A stretch of 64,000 bases of DNA from Octopus vulgaris (Eukaryota), in contig OX597817.1 in NCBI GenBank assembly GCA_951406725.2, positions 88,226,001 through 88,290,000 of the forward strand. Direction: 5' to 3'. This document shows, piece by piece, positions 26,594-38,652 of this stretch. Position 1 is the stretch's first letter; each line of letters opens with the position of its first letter. The position numbers and the translations under genes are program-made. The notes beneath the pieces are model-generated. The model searched no databases and had not been told where the DNA came from. It was given only the letters and a program-made list of their open reading frames with translations.

Positions 26594-27171
26594 GGAAGGC
26601 CAACTCTTGGTATGATAGCCATAAATACCAGAGTGTCATGTTCGTTGACACCACCCCTGGAGGTGAACTGGCGTACCGCTTTAGAAGGACCCTAGATAAA
26701 CTTAAACTAAGAATTAAGGTTGTTGAAAAGCCAGGCAACCCTATCAGATCTATAATTGGTAGAAGCTATCCTTTTAGTAGAACTCTCTGTACGGATAACT
26801 ATTGCACTGTATGTAGATTTAGCCCACAAACAAACTGTAAAGCCAGAAATGTGGTCTATAGTATAAGATGTATAGAGGGACGATGCAGTAACAAGACAGT
26901 AACATACGTAGGGGAAACAGCAAGAAGCATTGGTGAGCGGGTGAATGAACATTGGAGACAACTCAAGGAAGGTAAAAGCTCATCGATTCTGTACCAACAC
27001 GCTGAACAAGAACACGGGGGATCAATCAATAACATAGAGATTAAGATATTGTCCACACATAGAACAGATGCAACAATTAGACAAATTACAGAAGCTACAC
27101 ATATAATAGAAAATAAACCTAGCCTGAATAGAAAACTAGAATGGAGCAATAGCGCACACCACAACATATGA
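26560..27171 (+). CDS. PLE linker, Cys-rich motif and GIY-YIG endonuclease (right copy)
   Basis: Identical 203-aa translation to 23829-24440. Confidence 0.9.
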   Translation: MEHYRKDKKKIGKANSWYDSHKYQSVMFVDTTPGGELAYRFRRTLDKLKLRIKVVEKPGNPIRSIIGRSYPFSRTLCTDNYCTVCRFSPQTNCKARNVVYSIRCIEGRCSNKTVTYVGETARSIGERVNEHWRQLKEGKSSSILYQHAEQEHGGSINNIEIKILSTHRTDATIRQITEATHIIENKPSLNRKLEWSNSAHHNI

Positions 27172-27345
27172 CGATAGTGGATCCTGCAAACATAATAAAT
27201 ACACAGATAATTAAAGAAATAGAAATGAATAACTATATATATGTATATGTGTATGTATGTGTGTATATGTGTGTGTATATGTATATATATGTATATGTAT
27301 ATGTATATATATGTGTATATATGTATATATATCTATGTATGTATG

Positions 27346-27392
<47 letters not shown>

Positions 27393-27718
27393 CAATTAGA
27401 TTTATTATTATTATTACTAATATTATTACTAATATTGTTGTTATACATACATACAAGCATATGTAATGATAATAATGGGTGGATGTAAACACATGAACAA
27501 AATTAGAACAAAAGCAACAACAACAAAAACAAAATACAAATTACAAGAATGTATATAACCAGAAGATACAAATATTACAGGCATCCCCTTCACACACACA
27601 CTAAATAAACATAGACGCACATAGAGATATAAGCATGCGCAAATGAAGACATACAATAGAAATACAAAATGGCTGACGGTTAGTAAGGAGAGACACAAGT
27701 AAGTGAGAAGAAAACAAA

Positions 27719-27763
27719 GGACCACTGATGCGGTCACAAGAGTGTGACGAAAGAACTTTGGCC
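27719..27763 (+). ncRNA. Non-canonical HHR-like motif in PLE 3' region (right arm)
   Basis: GGACCA-CTGATG-CG-GTCACA-AGAG-TGTGAC-GAAA-GAAC-TT-TGGCC. Confidence 0.5.
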
Positions 27764-27938
27764 GAAATAAGATTAAGATTAATGTAAAAAATAAATATCA
27801 CTGAAGCAAAATAACACCAAATATATAGTGCGTGTGTTTTTATTGGCTAAACTGGCAATATGACCATTCCGAAATATAACAATATCTGTTTCAACACACG
27901 ACTTCACATAAAAAATCTTGCACAACAAATATTTAAAC

Positions 27939-28005
<67 letters not shown>

Positions 28006-28129
28006 CATATATATATATTTATATATATAGCAATAAGAAAATGGAGGGGATCAATAGGTGGTTCATCAACTTTTAGACATTATATTATGTTAACTTATTT
28101 ATTTATTTACTAAACTTACAATTACAACC

Positions 28130-28905
28130 AATCAATATCATGAAAAGAAAGAAATGGGCTAAGGAGATGTCAGAAAAATCCAGTTCATTTTGGGATAGAG
28201 TGATTTTCTCAGATGAATCCAGATTTGCTTTATTTTCAGACAGTGGACGTGTTTGAGTCTGGAGGCTTCCTAATCAAGAATTTGATTTGAAACGACTCTA
28301 ACCAACTGTTAAACCTGGCGGTATCTCTATAATGGTATGGTGGTGATGGTGGTGGTGATGGGGGGGGCTCTCACCAGCAATGGTCGTTCTGAGCTGATCG
28401 AATGTGTTGGAACCGTAAACTCTGAAAAATACATCACTTAAGCAAGGACTACTTTTGATGTATTCACACGATAACATAACGAAAAATGAGTTTTTATTTA
28501 TGGAAGATGGGGCTCCATGCCACACAGCGAAAAGGAATCAACGATGGCTGACTGAAAATGGGAACAAAAAGCTTCCTTGGCCGAGCCAATCTCCTGACAT
28601 GAATCCAATTGAAAATCTTTGGAGCATACTGGAGAGAGGTATACGAAGGTAACTCGACAGAAACCTAAATATAAAGATGGACTGTTTCGATTGTTGCGTG
28701 AAAAGTGGGCAGAAATTCCATAAGAAACAATCACGAAGCTCATCAGTTCAATGCCAAAAAGAGTTTCTGAATTAAAAACTGGAAAGGGAATGTCAGCTAA
28801 ATACTAAAGTATGTAGACCTACCTATCGATTGCATTTCAATTGTTCGCTTTGCGTATTAAATAAAAGATTTTGAAAATTAAAGGTGTCTATTTACTTCCA
28901 GCATG

Positions 28906-28909
<4 letters not shown>
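28130..28909 (+). mobile_element. Tc1-type (DD34E-like) transposon, 3' half, pseudogenic
   Basis: WDRVIFSDESRF, FMEDGAPCH, WPSQSPDMNPIENLW; ends ..CATGTCTG-TA. Confidence 0.9.
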
Positions 28910-28983
<74 letters not shown>

Positions 28984-29112
28984 GTATATGTAAATGTATG
29001 TGTGTGTGTGTAATCATATGTATATACATATATATATATACGTATATATATGTTTATATATATACTTATATGTATATGTGTATATACGTATATATGTATG
29101 TATACATACATA

Positions 29113-29355
29113 AGTGAAGGCGCGTTGCCCAGTGGTTAGAGCGTCGAGCTTACAATCGTGAGGTTATGAGTTCGATTCCTGGACCGGGCTACCTGTTGTG
29201 TTGTGTTTACGTCCCCGTAACTTAGCCGTTTGGCAAGACATACCGATAGAATAAGTACTAGACTTACAAAGAATAAATCCTGGTGTCAATTTCATCGACT
29301 GAAGGTGATGCTCCAGTATGGCCGCAGTTACATGACCGAAACAAGCAAAACAATA
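29113..29355 (+). mobile_element. Chimeric SINE: different tRNA-like head joined to a family B 3' half
   Basis: TGCCCAGTGG..GAGTTCGATTCC head, then GTGTTTACGTCCCCGTAAC.. family B body. Confidence 0.6.
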
Positions 29356-29398
29356 AAAACTATGCTATTTTAATCCCGAGCAATGCCGGATATCCCTG

Positions 29399-29945
<547 letters not shown>

Positions 29946-30348
29946 ATATATACAAATTGCAACTGGATAGATACTTAAGCACCATTAGAGATGAACCCCA
30001 TCTCCCAGGATATACACAACGAGCACAAACTGACTCAAACTCGTTCCTACACATGTCAAAATTAAGCAGAGAATACAACCTGGCAACCACACCAGACTCT
30101 GAGGGTGGAGTCTTCGACTTGGCCTGAGCATGGACTCAAACCCAAATGAAATGAAATGAAATGAAATGAAATATATAAAATGAGATAGGGGTTGTAAATT
30201 CAACCCTCCATAGGATAACATATATCCAATATACTGCTAGAGAAGTACCCAACAAAGCTAATACATAAATGTTAAGAATTGCGATGCAATTAATTCATTT
30301 ACTGTATTAGGTGGGCAAAGGTAAAATTATTTTTACCATAAATTAATA

Positions 30349-30431
30349 ATACAAAATGAGAAAATGGAGTCGGTATTATCTGATAGTTGATGAATGATTT
30401 AGATATATTTCTCCATTTTCTCATTTTGTAT
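30349..30431. repeat. Small fold-back element
   Basis: Perfect 21-bp inverted repeat ATACAAAATGAGAAAATGGAG / CTCCATTTTCTCATTTTGTAT; related sequence at ~28031-28075. Confidence 0.7.
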
Positions 30432-30437
30432 GTATAT

Positions 30438-30476
<39 letters not shown>

Positions 30477-30494
30477 CATATGGAGAGAGAGAGA

Positions 30495-30653
30495 GAATTT
30501 AGAGACAAACAACCGGTGTTTAGTTAATCCATTGATTTGTCATGAGATTTTTAGAATAATAATTATAAGATATTTAATTAATTTCTATGTGGTTATTATA
30601 GTTAATATCTTTTCACTATTGATGGATTAATTAAATAGCGGTTTGTCTCTAAA

Positions 30654-30658
<5 letters not shown>
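30495..30658. mobile_element. MITE-like element between (GA)n and (TG)n
   Basis: Terminal inverted repeats AGAATTTAGAGACAAAC / GTTTGTCTCTAAATTCT extending imperfectly to TTAATCCAT / ATGGATTAA. Confidence 0.65.
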
Positions 30659-30722
<64 letters not shown>

Positions 30723-30849
30723 CTTGGGAACGTTAGGGGAACAGGCCTGGCTCGGCAAGTGTCCCAGTGTATCACAGGCTGAGCCCGGTCGTCATCCTGT
30801 CACTGTGGTCAAACAATCTTGAAGAAAAAGTAAAAATAAACATCTTTTG

Positions 30850-31370
30850 AATTTTGGTTGTTGGAACGTGCGTACACTTCTTGATGATTATTTCAACAAG
30901 AGGCCAGGAAGGCGTACTGCACTTATTGCATATGAGCTTAAAAGATATTCCCTTGGTTCAATTGCGCTTTCTGAAACACATCTCGTCTCTCTGGTGAGGG
31001 TCAAATAAATGAACCTACTTCTGGATATACTATATTTTGGAGAGGACTATCTGAGGGTCAGCGTAGAGAATCTGGCGTTGGGTTTGCTCTCAAGAATTCA
31101 TTAGTATCCTCCATTGCAGAATTTCCAAGTGGTATATCTGAACGAACCATGTCATGCCATATAAAACTGACAAAAGGTAGGTTTCTTACCGTTGTCAGTA
31201 GTTATGCACCAACAATGTCTCGTTCTGATGAATCTGTAGGACAGTTTTATGACGATCTAACACAATTATTGACGAAAGTACCAATTTCTAACAAGCTGGT
31301 CATATTGCGAGATTTCAACGCAAGCGTTGGAAATGACTACGTTTCATGTTCGTTTTAGGCCGACATGGAG
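30850..31370 (+). mobile_element. RTE-clade LINE 5' fragment (APE endonuclease), pseudogenic
   Basis: FGCWNVRTLLD..RRTALIAYELKRY..ALSETH..GYTIFWRG..SGVGFA..SYAPTM..FYDDL..DFNASVG, with frameshifts. Confidence 0.85.
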
Positions 31371-32647
31371 ATTTCTCATTAACATATTGGCATTACTTAT
31401 ATTGACGTAAGGCTGCGAGCTGGCAGAATCGTTTGGGGTCGATAAAATAAGTACCAAATCAGCACTGAGGTCGATGTAATCTCAGGACTGTTGCGTGTAC
31501 CAGTATTGATTGTTGAATTAACATGAAACAATAATAGAATGCTTACTTTTAATAACCGACTTCTGAAGCACCGTTGGCTTCTTTTTTCTTTTCTTTTTTT
31601 TTATTTTCATTTCTACTCTGGTAAGCTTTCAAGGGAGTCCTGTAGAGATATCTTTGTATTCAGTTTTAACGTGATCATTGCACGAACGTTCTCTTCACGA
31701 CTCATCGCAGAAATTTTATGTGAATTGTGCTCTCTCTAAGCAACCACAGATTCTCAAACACTTTGTTTGTTGGATGATTTGAGAATTAATGGTTTCTAAT
31801 TTAGGCTGAAGGGCAGCAATTTTGAGGAGCGGGAAGTTAGTCAATACCATTTGCTCCGATACTTGACGGGTATTTTAATTTATCGATTCACTTGGTGATA
31901 TTTGAACTCATAATGCAGTATCGACAGAAATACCTCAGGACACTTTGTCTAACGCTCCAACAATTCTGCGAAGCCACCGCCCTGACCCTGTCATTTTATA
32001 TAAGAACAGGAAGCATGCGGTTCTACACGACCTCCCCACTCCCCACCATAAACAGTGGGGTTATGGCTGAAGTAATTATGATCAAAGGCTGCTCAAGTCA
32101 GGTTGACAACAGTAATGCCATAAACATTACGTCTCATTTCCCTCAAGTCAGGTGATGCTGCATGATAACAATAATGGCATCTGAAACAGTTTTCTCAATA
32201 TTTTTGCTTCATTAGTGCGCACATGTTTCGTTGTGTGTGTCTGTGACTGTGTGTTTCCTCTCCTTCTGGCTCCTCCACCTCCTCCGCCTCCTTCACTTCC
32301 TCCGCCTCCTCCGCCTCCTTCGCTCCTCCGTCTCCTCCTCCTTGAGCCTTCAGTTCCTGCTCGAGTCGTAAGTGCGCTGTTACAGCATACAGCGCGCCTT
32401 GGCACTTTTAAACCGGACGAACTCATTCTATCTGTATAGATGAGTTAGGATGCACACATGCGTGTCGCAAGTTGGATCAGATGTGACTTCATTTGGTACA
32501 TCATTTACCTGGTTTTCAGAGGCAACTAAAATACGAACTGTGTTCGTTTGGACAGATTAAAATTATGAAAATAAGATTTGGAGAGCGATTCATTCAATTA
32601 ATTAAATTCCCTTCATGTTTACCTCGAATTTATTCGACGGCATCTTG

Positions 32648-32690
<43 letters not shown>

Positions 32691-33052
32691 GGACTAGGAA
32701 AAATATCTATGGACATACTCTGCATAAAACCAAATGCTGAAGCTGGTGTTAACATATTTAATCTACTGAACTAATAATAAGGCACTAAAAGAGAATGACT
32801 CTCCCCAGACACAACATAATAAATTTTTGTTATATATAATTACATCTGCGGTGGTGGGGAGAAAGTAGCGTAAGTTTACAGTTCATTTCTGGTCATGAAC
32901 AACAAGTAACAAGCAACAAGATAGCATCTGCATACAATGCCAAACAGGCATATACAAACATACATATGTAAATATACATGCATATACAAATATAAATATA
33001 CATACATTTCTAAAAATGCATCTATATCTATCTATCTGTCTCTCTCTCTCTT

Positions 33053-33156
<104 letters not shown>

Positions 33157-33229
33157 TGTATGTATGTATGTATATGCATATATACATACATATATATATA
33201 TACTTATATATGTATATATATATATATAT

Positions 33230-34714
33230 AAAGGAGGTAGCAGAGCGGAGGCCAAGAACTACAGACCTATCTCTCTGACCTCACACATCAGCAAGGTCAT
33301 GGAACGAATAGTCAGAAGGAAACTGATCACCTTCCTTGAAGAAAATGACTTGCTGCCTGACACCCAACATGGTTTCCGACCAGGAAGAAGCTGCTTAACT
33401 CAGCTCCTACAACACTATGACTGGGTGCTGAAACGACTGCTCAACCACTCAAATGTGGAAGTGATATATCTCGACTTTGCAAAGGCCTTTGATAAAGTCG
33501 ATCATGGAATGATATGTCACAAACTGCGTGATCTTAGCATAGTTGGAAAACTGGGAGAATGGCTTCATGACTTTCTGAAAGATAGAAGTCAGGTGGTAGT
33601 TTCCATTAACACGCAAATAGTGAGCGGTGTTCCGCGGGGCACTGTTTTGGGACCACTACTGTTCATAATGGCCCTCTCAGACATGCCCTCAGCCACGCAG
33701 AGAACCACGATCACAAGTTATGCAGATGATACAAAAGTTTCACAGGCAATACAGAACCCTGAGGACACTAAACGCCTGCAATGTGAGCTGGACAAAATAT
33801 ACAAGTGGGCTGAAAAGAATAGCATGCAGTTCAATGCTGAAAAGTTTCAAGCTTTATACTATCAGCATACAAAACTAAATGCAATACCCAATGAATACAC
33901 TGGACCCGGAGGAATTGCAATCCCAGAGGCACAATCAGTGCGTGACCTGGGTATTTACATGAGTGATGACGCAACCTTTCGTGTACATGTTGCTAAATTG
34001 GCAATGAAATGTAGACGACTGGCCGGATGGATTCTCAGAACCTTTAGAACAAGAGAACAAGAAACCATGATGGTCCTCTGGAGGACACTTGTCCTAAGCC
34101 ACTTTGACTATTGCTCTCAGCTATGGTCACCATCCAGTGTCAAGTTGATCACAGAACTTGAGGCGATCCAACGTAGCTACACGAAGAAGATAAGCCTCTA
34201 TGCAGAATATAAGCTACTGGGAAAGACTCAAGAGATTAAAACTCTATTCCTTGGAGCGTAGGCGAGAAAGATATGCCATAATATACATCTGGAAGATCCT
34301 GGGGGGACTTGTCCCAAACTTTGGCATCGAGAGTTACACAAATGCCAGAACTGGGCGCCACTGCGTGGTGTCTAGGACTCCAAATTTGCCATCAAGATGT
34401 AGGACAAGATACTGTGATAGCCTGGGCTTCCGAGGCCCACAGCTCTTCAATATCCTCCCGAAGAACCTAAGAGACCTGCATGGGGTGGATGCAGATGTCT
34501 TTAAAATGAAACTGGATCTCTTCTTGTCAGGTATCCCAGATGAACCAACTTCACGGCAGGAGGTGCAGATGAGGGCAGCTGCATCGAACTCTCTCATGCA
34601 CCAAATGGCAGTTGCTAAAAAGCATTCGTGAAGTAAAACCATGTAGCAACACCAAATGGCGGTGCCCCAGCATGGCCACAGCTCGTGAGCTGAAACTAGA
34701 ATCAATCAATCAAT

Positions 34715-34718
<4 letters not shown>
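33230..34718 (+). mobile_element. CR1/L2-group LINE, 5'-truncated RT, one frameshift at ~34197
   Basis: [62 protein letters not shown]; (ATCA)n tail; (TA)n on both sides. Confidence 0.93.
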
Positions 34719-34789
<71 letters not shown>

Positions 34790-34791
<2 letters not shown>

Positions 34792-35553
34792 TATATGAGT
34801 ACAAGACGTCGCAAAATGTAAACAACATGAAATACGAAGGAAAATTTAGGTATGCGAACAACGAGAGAAACAAATGGAAAACAAGACAAGTAACACTATT
34901 TACATTTGACGGATATTTGTCCTCATCTTGTTTATTGTTAACACAACGTTTCGGCTGCTATACACTCCAGCCTTCATCAGGTGTCTTGGGGAAATTTCGA
35001 ACCTGGGTTCTCATTCCTAAGACGTCCAAGTGCTGTTAGATCATGTGAACTCAATAAAGCCATCCATACAGTTCACAATGGAAAAAGAAAAAGACAATCA
35101 GTTAGCGTTCCTGGACGCATTAATAACACGTACCAAGTATGGAATCAGGACATCCGTATACCGCAAGCCGACTTCAACTCCCACCATCCATACAGTGTAA
35201 AGAGAGGGATGGCTCAGTGCCTAAAACATCGAGCAATGAATATAAGTAGAGATCGTGATACCCACCACGAAGAAATGATCAAGCTCAGCAACAATCTGTT
35301 AAGCAACAACTACCCCAAAAGCATACTCTCCACTCAAATTATGAAGAAAAGAGAGGGCGAAACCAATAAGCTGTCCACAGTCTGTCTACCCTATGTGAAA
35401 GGCCTCTCCAAAAAGATACAAAAGATATGTGGCCCATATGACATTGGGACAGTATTCAAGAGTAATACAACACTTCGCAAATATTTCCTTCGAGTAAAAC
35501 CACCAATAGAAGAGAATATGACCAAGAACTGAGTGTACTCCATCCCATGCAAC
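34790..35553. mobile_element. Penelope/Poseidon-type PLE fragment with inverted 3' repeat
   Basis: Plus-strand FNSHHPYSVKRG..NNYP..LPYVKGLS..N*VYSIPC; minus-strand HHR-bearing segment upstream. Confidence 0.8.
34940..34986 (-). ncRNA. PLE-type minimal hammerhead ribozyme
   Basis: GACAC-CTGATGA-A-GGCTG..CAGCC-GAAA-C-GTT-GTGTT; loopless ACGT stem III (dimer-type). Confidence 0.75.
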
Positions 35554-35555
35554 TG

Positions 35556-35940
35556 GTTTGTACAGAGCCAATATTGTATTGTTATTTATATCTCGTTGGC
35601 GCCAAACACATGATTCCAAGCCACCAAATGCTTTTACTGCCCTTTGAATTCGCAGATATATTTCTGTGTCCAAATTTCCATAATTTTGTACAGAGCTTCC
35701 AAGGAAGATGAAAGAATCAACAACCTCAAGTAGCTTACCCTTAACAAAAAATTTAGTGGGGTTGCAAACAGCACCACATGCAGGCTGATACATAACAACT
35801 GTTTTTTTTTTCAAGTTGATGGTCAAGCCAAAATCATCACAAGCTGAGTCAAATGTAGATAGAAGAGATTGCAGACCTGTTTCAAAATGACTGACTAGAT
35901 CGCAATCGTCAGCGTATAAGAGTTCCCTAATGTGTGAAAT
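35556..35940 (-). mobile_element. RTE-clade LINE RT fragment
   Basis: IRELLYADDCDL..FGLTINLKK..LEVVDSFIFLGS..EIYLRIQRA. Confidence 0.85.
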
Positions 35941-36254
35941 AAAAAATCTTCGTTTTGAATTTCAGTCTGTTCAGATTAAAAACATTCCCTGTTCGATATT
36001 TTATGTTACTCCTCGGAGTTTTGAAAAGCGTATGACAACACAACAGCAAAATATATTGCAAAGAGGGTGGGTGCATCAAGGTCTCCTTGCTTTACTCCTT
36101 TTTCCACGGCTCAGAGAGCCTAACACCAAAATTAACTCTAGCTTTCATATCTTAATGCAAAACCCTGATCATGTTTACAAATTTTTCTGGGCAATTCATT
36201 TTCGTTAGAATTAGCCACACAGCATTTCGATTAACAATATGGAATGATTTGCTC

Positions 36255-36465
36255 AAATCTGGCAGAATAGTTAGCACGCCGGCCAAAATATTGAGCGGCA
36301 TTTCGTCCGTCTTTACGTTCTGTGTTCATATTCCGGCGATGTTGAATTTGCCTTTCATCTTTTTGAGGGTCAATAAAATAAATACTGGTTGTGCACTGAG
36401 ACGGATATAATCGACTAGCCTCTTTCCTCCTAAATTTCAGGCCTTGCGTCCATAGTAGAAAGAAA
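36255..36465 (+). mobile_element. SINE family A
   Basis: CTGGCAGAATAGTTAGCACGCCGG.. family match. Confidence 0.8.
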
Positions 36466-37221
36466 TATGTTTCTGGCTCTTTCGAATTCTGAACGGCAAT
36501 TTTCAGAACCAAACAGCACAGAGTATACTTTCTTGGTTTAAATTTATTTTAAGTCCTTTCCATTTCCTAGCCATGAAATAAGTACTGATTTGAGATACTG
36601 AGTAAGGTTTTTCGTCACAAGAAAACGCGGTTAATAGAATCAATAGGGTATCGATGGGTGGACGATCTGCATTCTGCTTGCGGCGATATGTTGTATTCAT
36701 GACCAAGTTATTTAACCCTCAATGGAATAACTCAAGATGTCAGTGGAAGTCCTGTAAATTTAAGATGTTTTGTCTGTTAGCTGATCTCTGTTGAATTCTG
36801 TCTGCGAAGAAAAGTTACCTGTAACAAATTAGTTTCCGATTCAGAGGGAGATGTATCTCTTAGTCAGGGGTATCTGTACTTCACTACTTAGTCACGTGGA
36901 TTTTACCGGCCTTGTTGAGGTGTATTCAGGGCAGCAAGCTATGTGTGTCGGTGGTTTATTTGGTCTTTCACAGCATTAAGTGGTCGAAAATGTCTCTTTA
37001 AATTAGAGGTATTCAAATTGTGACCACAAGATGTGTCTTGGTACACCACAATTTTAAAAATATGATAAATACATACAAATATGTCCTGATTAATGTTTCT
37101 TCATAATTTTGTCATAATTTTGAACGATTTGGGAAGTAACGTAAGCAGTAGGTTTCTATGTATTCTCTAGATTTTTAACTTTAAAGCAATTTTTAATTGT
37201 TTTAAACAGTTGAAGTGGTGT

Positions 37222-37266
37222 CTGTTACTGATGAGGCGTAGCTACGCAGAAACACGTGTCATACAG
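37222..37266 (+). ncRNA. HHR-like motif (degenerate)
   Basis: CTGTTA-CTGATGA-GGCGTA-GC-TACGCA-GAAA-CACGT-GTC-ATACAG; core intact, mismatches at the bases of stems I and II. Confidence 0.55.
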
Positions 37267-38617
37267 TCCGATAACGTCATTCAGAGCCGAACCCGAATAT
37301 ACTCTCTGAGACAATCTCTGCAGTGAACCTCTTTCCATATTTGAGTGTACACAAGTGTATTGAATCATAAATATACACAGATTTAATTTTATAAACTTTC
37401 CATGCAAAGCGCGCCAATAATTTTTCTAAATGGACGAAAGAATTTGAACTTTATCCTACAAACTAATTGGGCGAGTTGAGATCTTGGGTTCATTTAAGGC
37501 TTTAGAAAATCTATGCAAATATGCCTTGAATAACATGATTTTTCATAATTTTGTCATACCCATGTATAATTTTAGTACCTCTATGCACTATAGTTTATCT
37601 GTCAGGAATATGTACCTGATTATTTATTAATTATACTTAAGCGAGATCAGCTAACAGAATAACATTCTAACGACTCGACTTAGTGATATTAAATCTAAAA
37701 CTTTTTTTTACATAACTTGTAAATCTGGTTATAGCTAGTTGTCAAGTCAGTTGAGAGTATTTACTGGAAAAAATACTCTGAGAAACATGTATTGTGAAGA
37801 AAGTTTGGCCTAGTTACTATTTCCTTTCATTTATTTATTTATTTTACAAGCATATGGCTATATATTTTTATAGAAGAGAAACTGGGATTTTGTAACATTC
37901 AGTGGGATGTTATCGATGTAAACAATGTGAATTTGTCACAAACGAGAAGTGAAACTAAAATGATTTCACAACTCCCCGGAGAGTGTAAGAACGACTCGGA
38001 AACTAATTAAGAAAAAGAGATGAGTCACGTAAATAAGGAAGTCAGGTGCAGTAGCCTTGGAAAGTGGTTAATGTAGTCGTATGCAAATTTTTTGAAGTGA
38101 TTGCTTCAATCTGCAGCGTAGGGGATTCCCTGAAGTGTCGATATTGTGCACAACATTTCTGCTATAAACTAAAAATGAATACGTATATATAAATATATTA
38201 GGATGGGGTGGATTGTCAAAGTTATTTCCAGTCTTTATCTTTGCAATGATTAATGGCGGAAGAAAGTATAATCGGATATTTTAGCAATTATTATGTTTGG
38301 CAGAAAAATATTGGTGATAACTTTTTGTCTACTAAATTTCATCTAGAGTAGATCACTGCTAATCTCTTCTGGTGATATCACATCTACTTCATAGCAACCA
38401 CAGCATCTCAAAGTCTGGCCTTCCTCTTTAGAGTCAGAAAATATGTCATCTTCTATGAGCTGCTTTCAGCGTAGCCCAAGTGAAACGTGCAATAGAACAC
38501 TGCTTGTACTTGTACAGTTCTGCTGCTGCACACGCGAACATCGAAGACTGAGCTACAAAAGGCCTCAGTAACACATTCCAGAATCTGATTCAGAGAGGTA
38601 CTGTATCCTCTTTCTGC

Positions 38618-38652
<35 letters not shown>

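Larger units (their letters stand above)
23107..27939. mobile_element. Palindromic Penelope-like element insertion (two 5'-truncated copies, 3' ends outward)
   Basis: Arms 23107-25297 and 25703-27885 are near-identical reverse complements; the 405-bp spacer is extra 5' RT sequence of the left copy; (TA)n flanks. Confidence 0.95.

Noticed and set aside
32148-32439. Poly-Pro/poly-Gly ORFs and a GTAAGT at 32368
   Set aside because: Degenerate (CCT/CCG)n low-complexity tract; no recognisable protein and no support for an exon.
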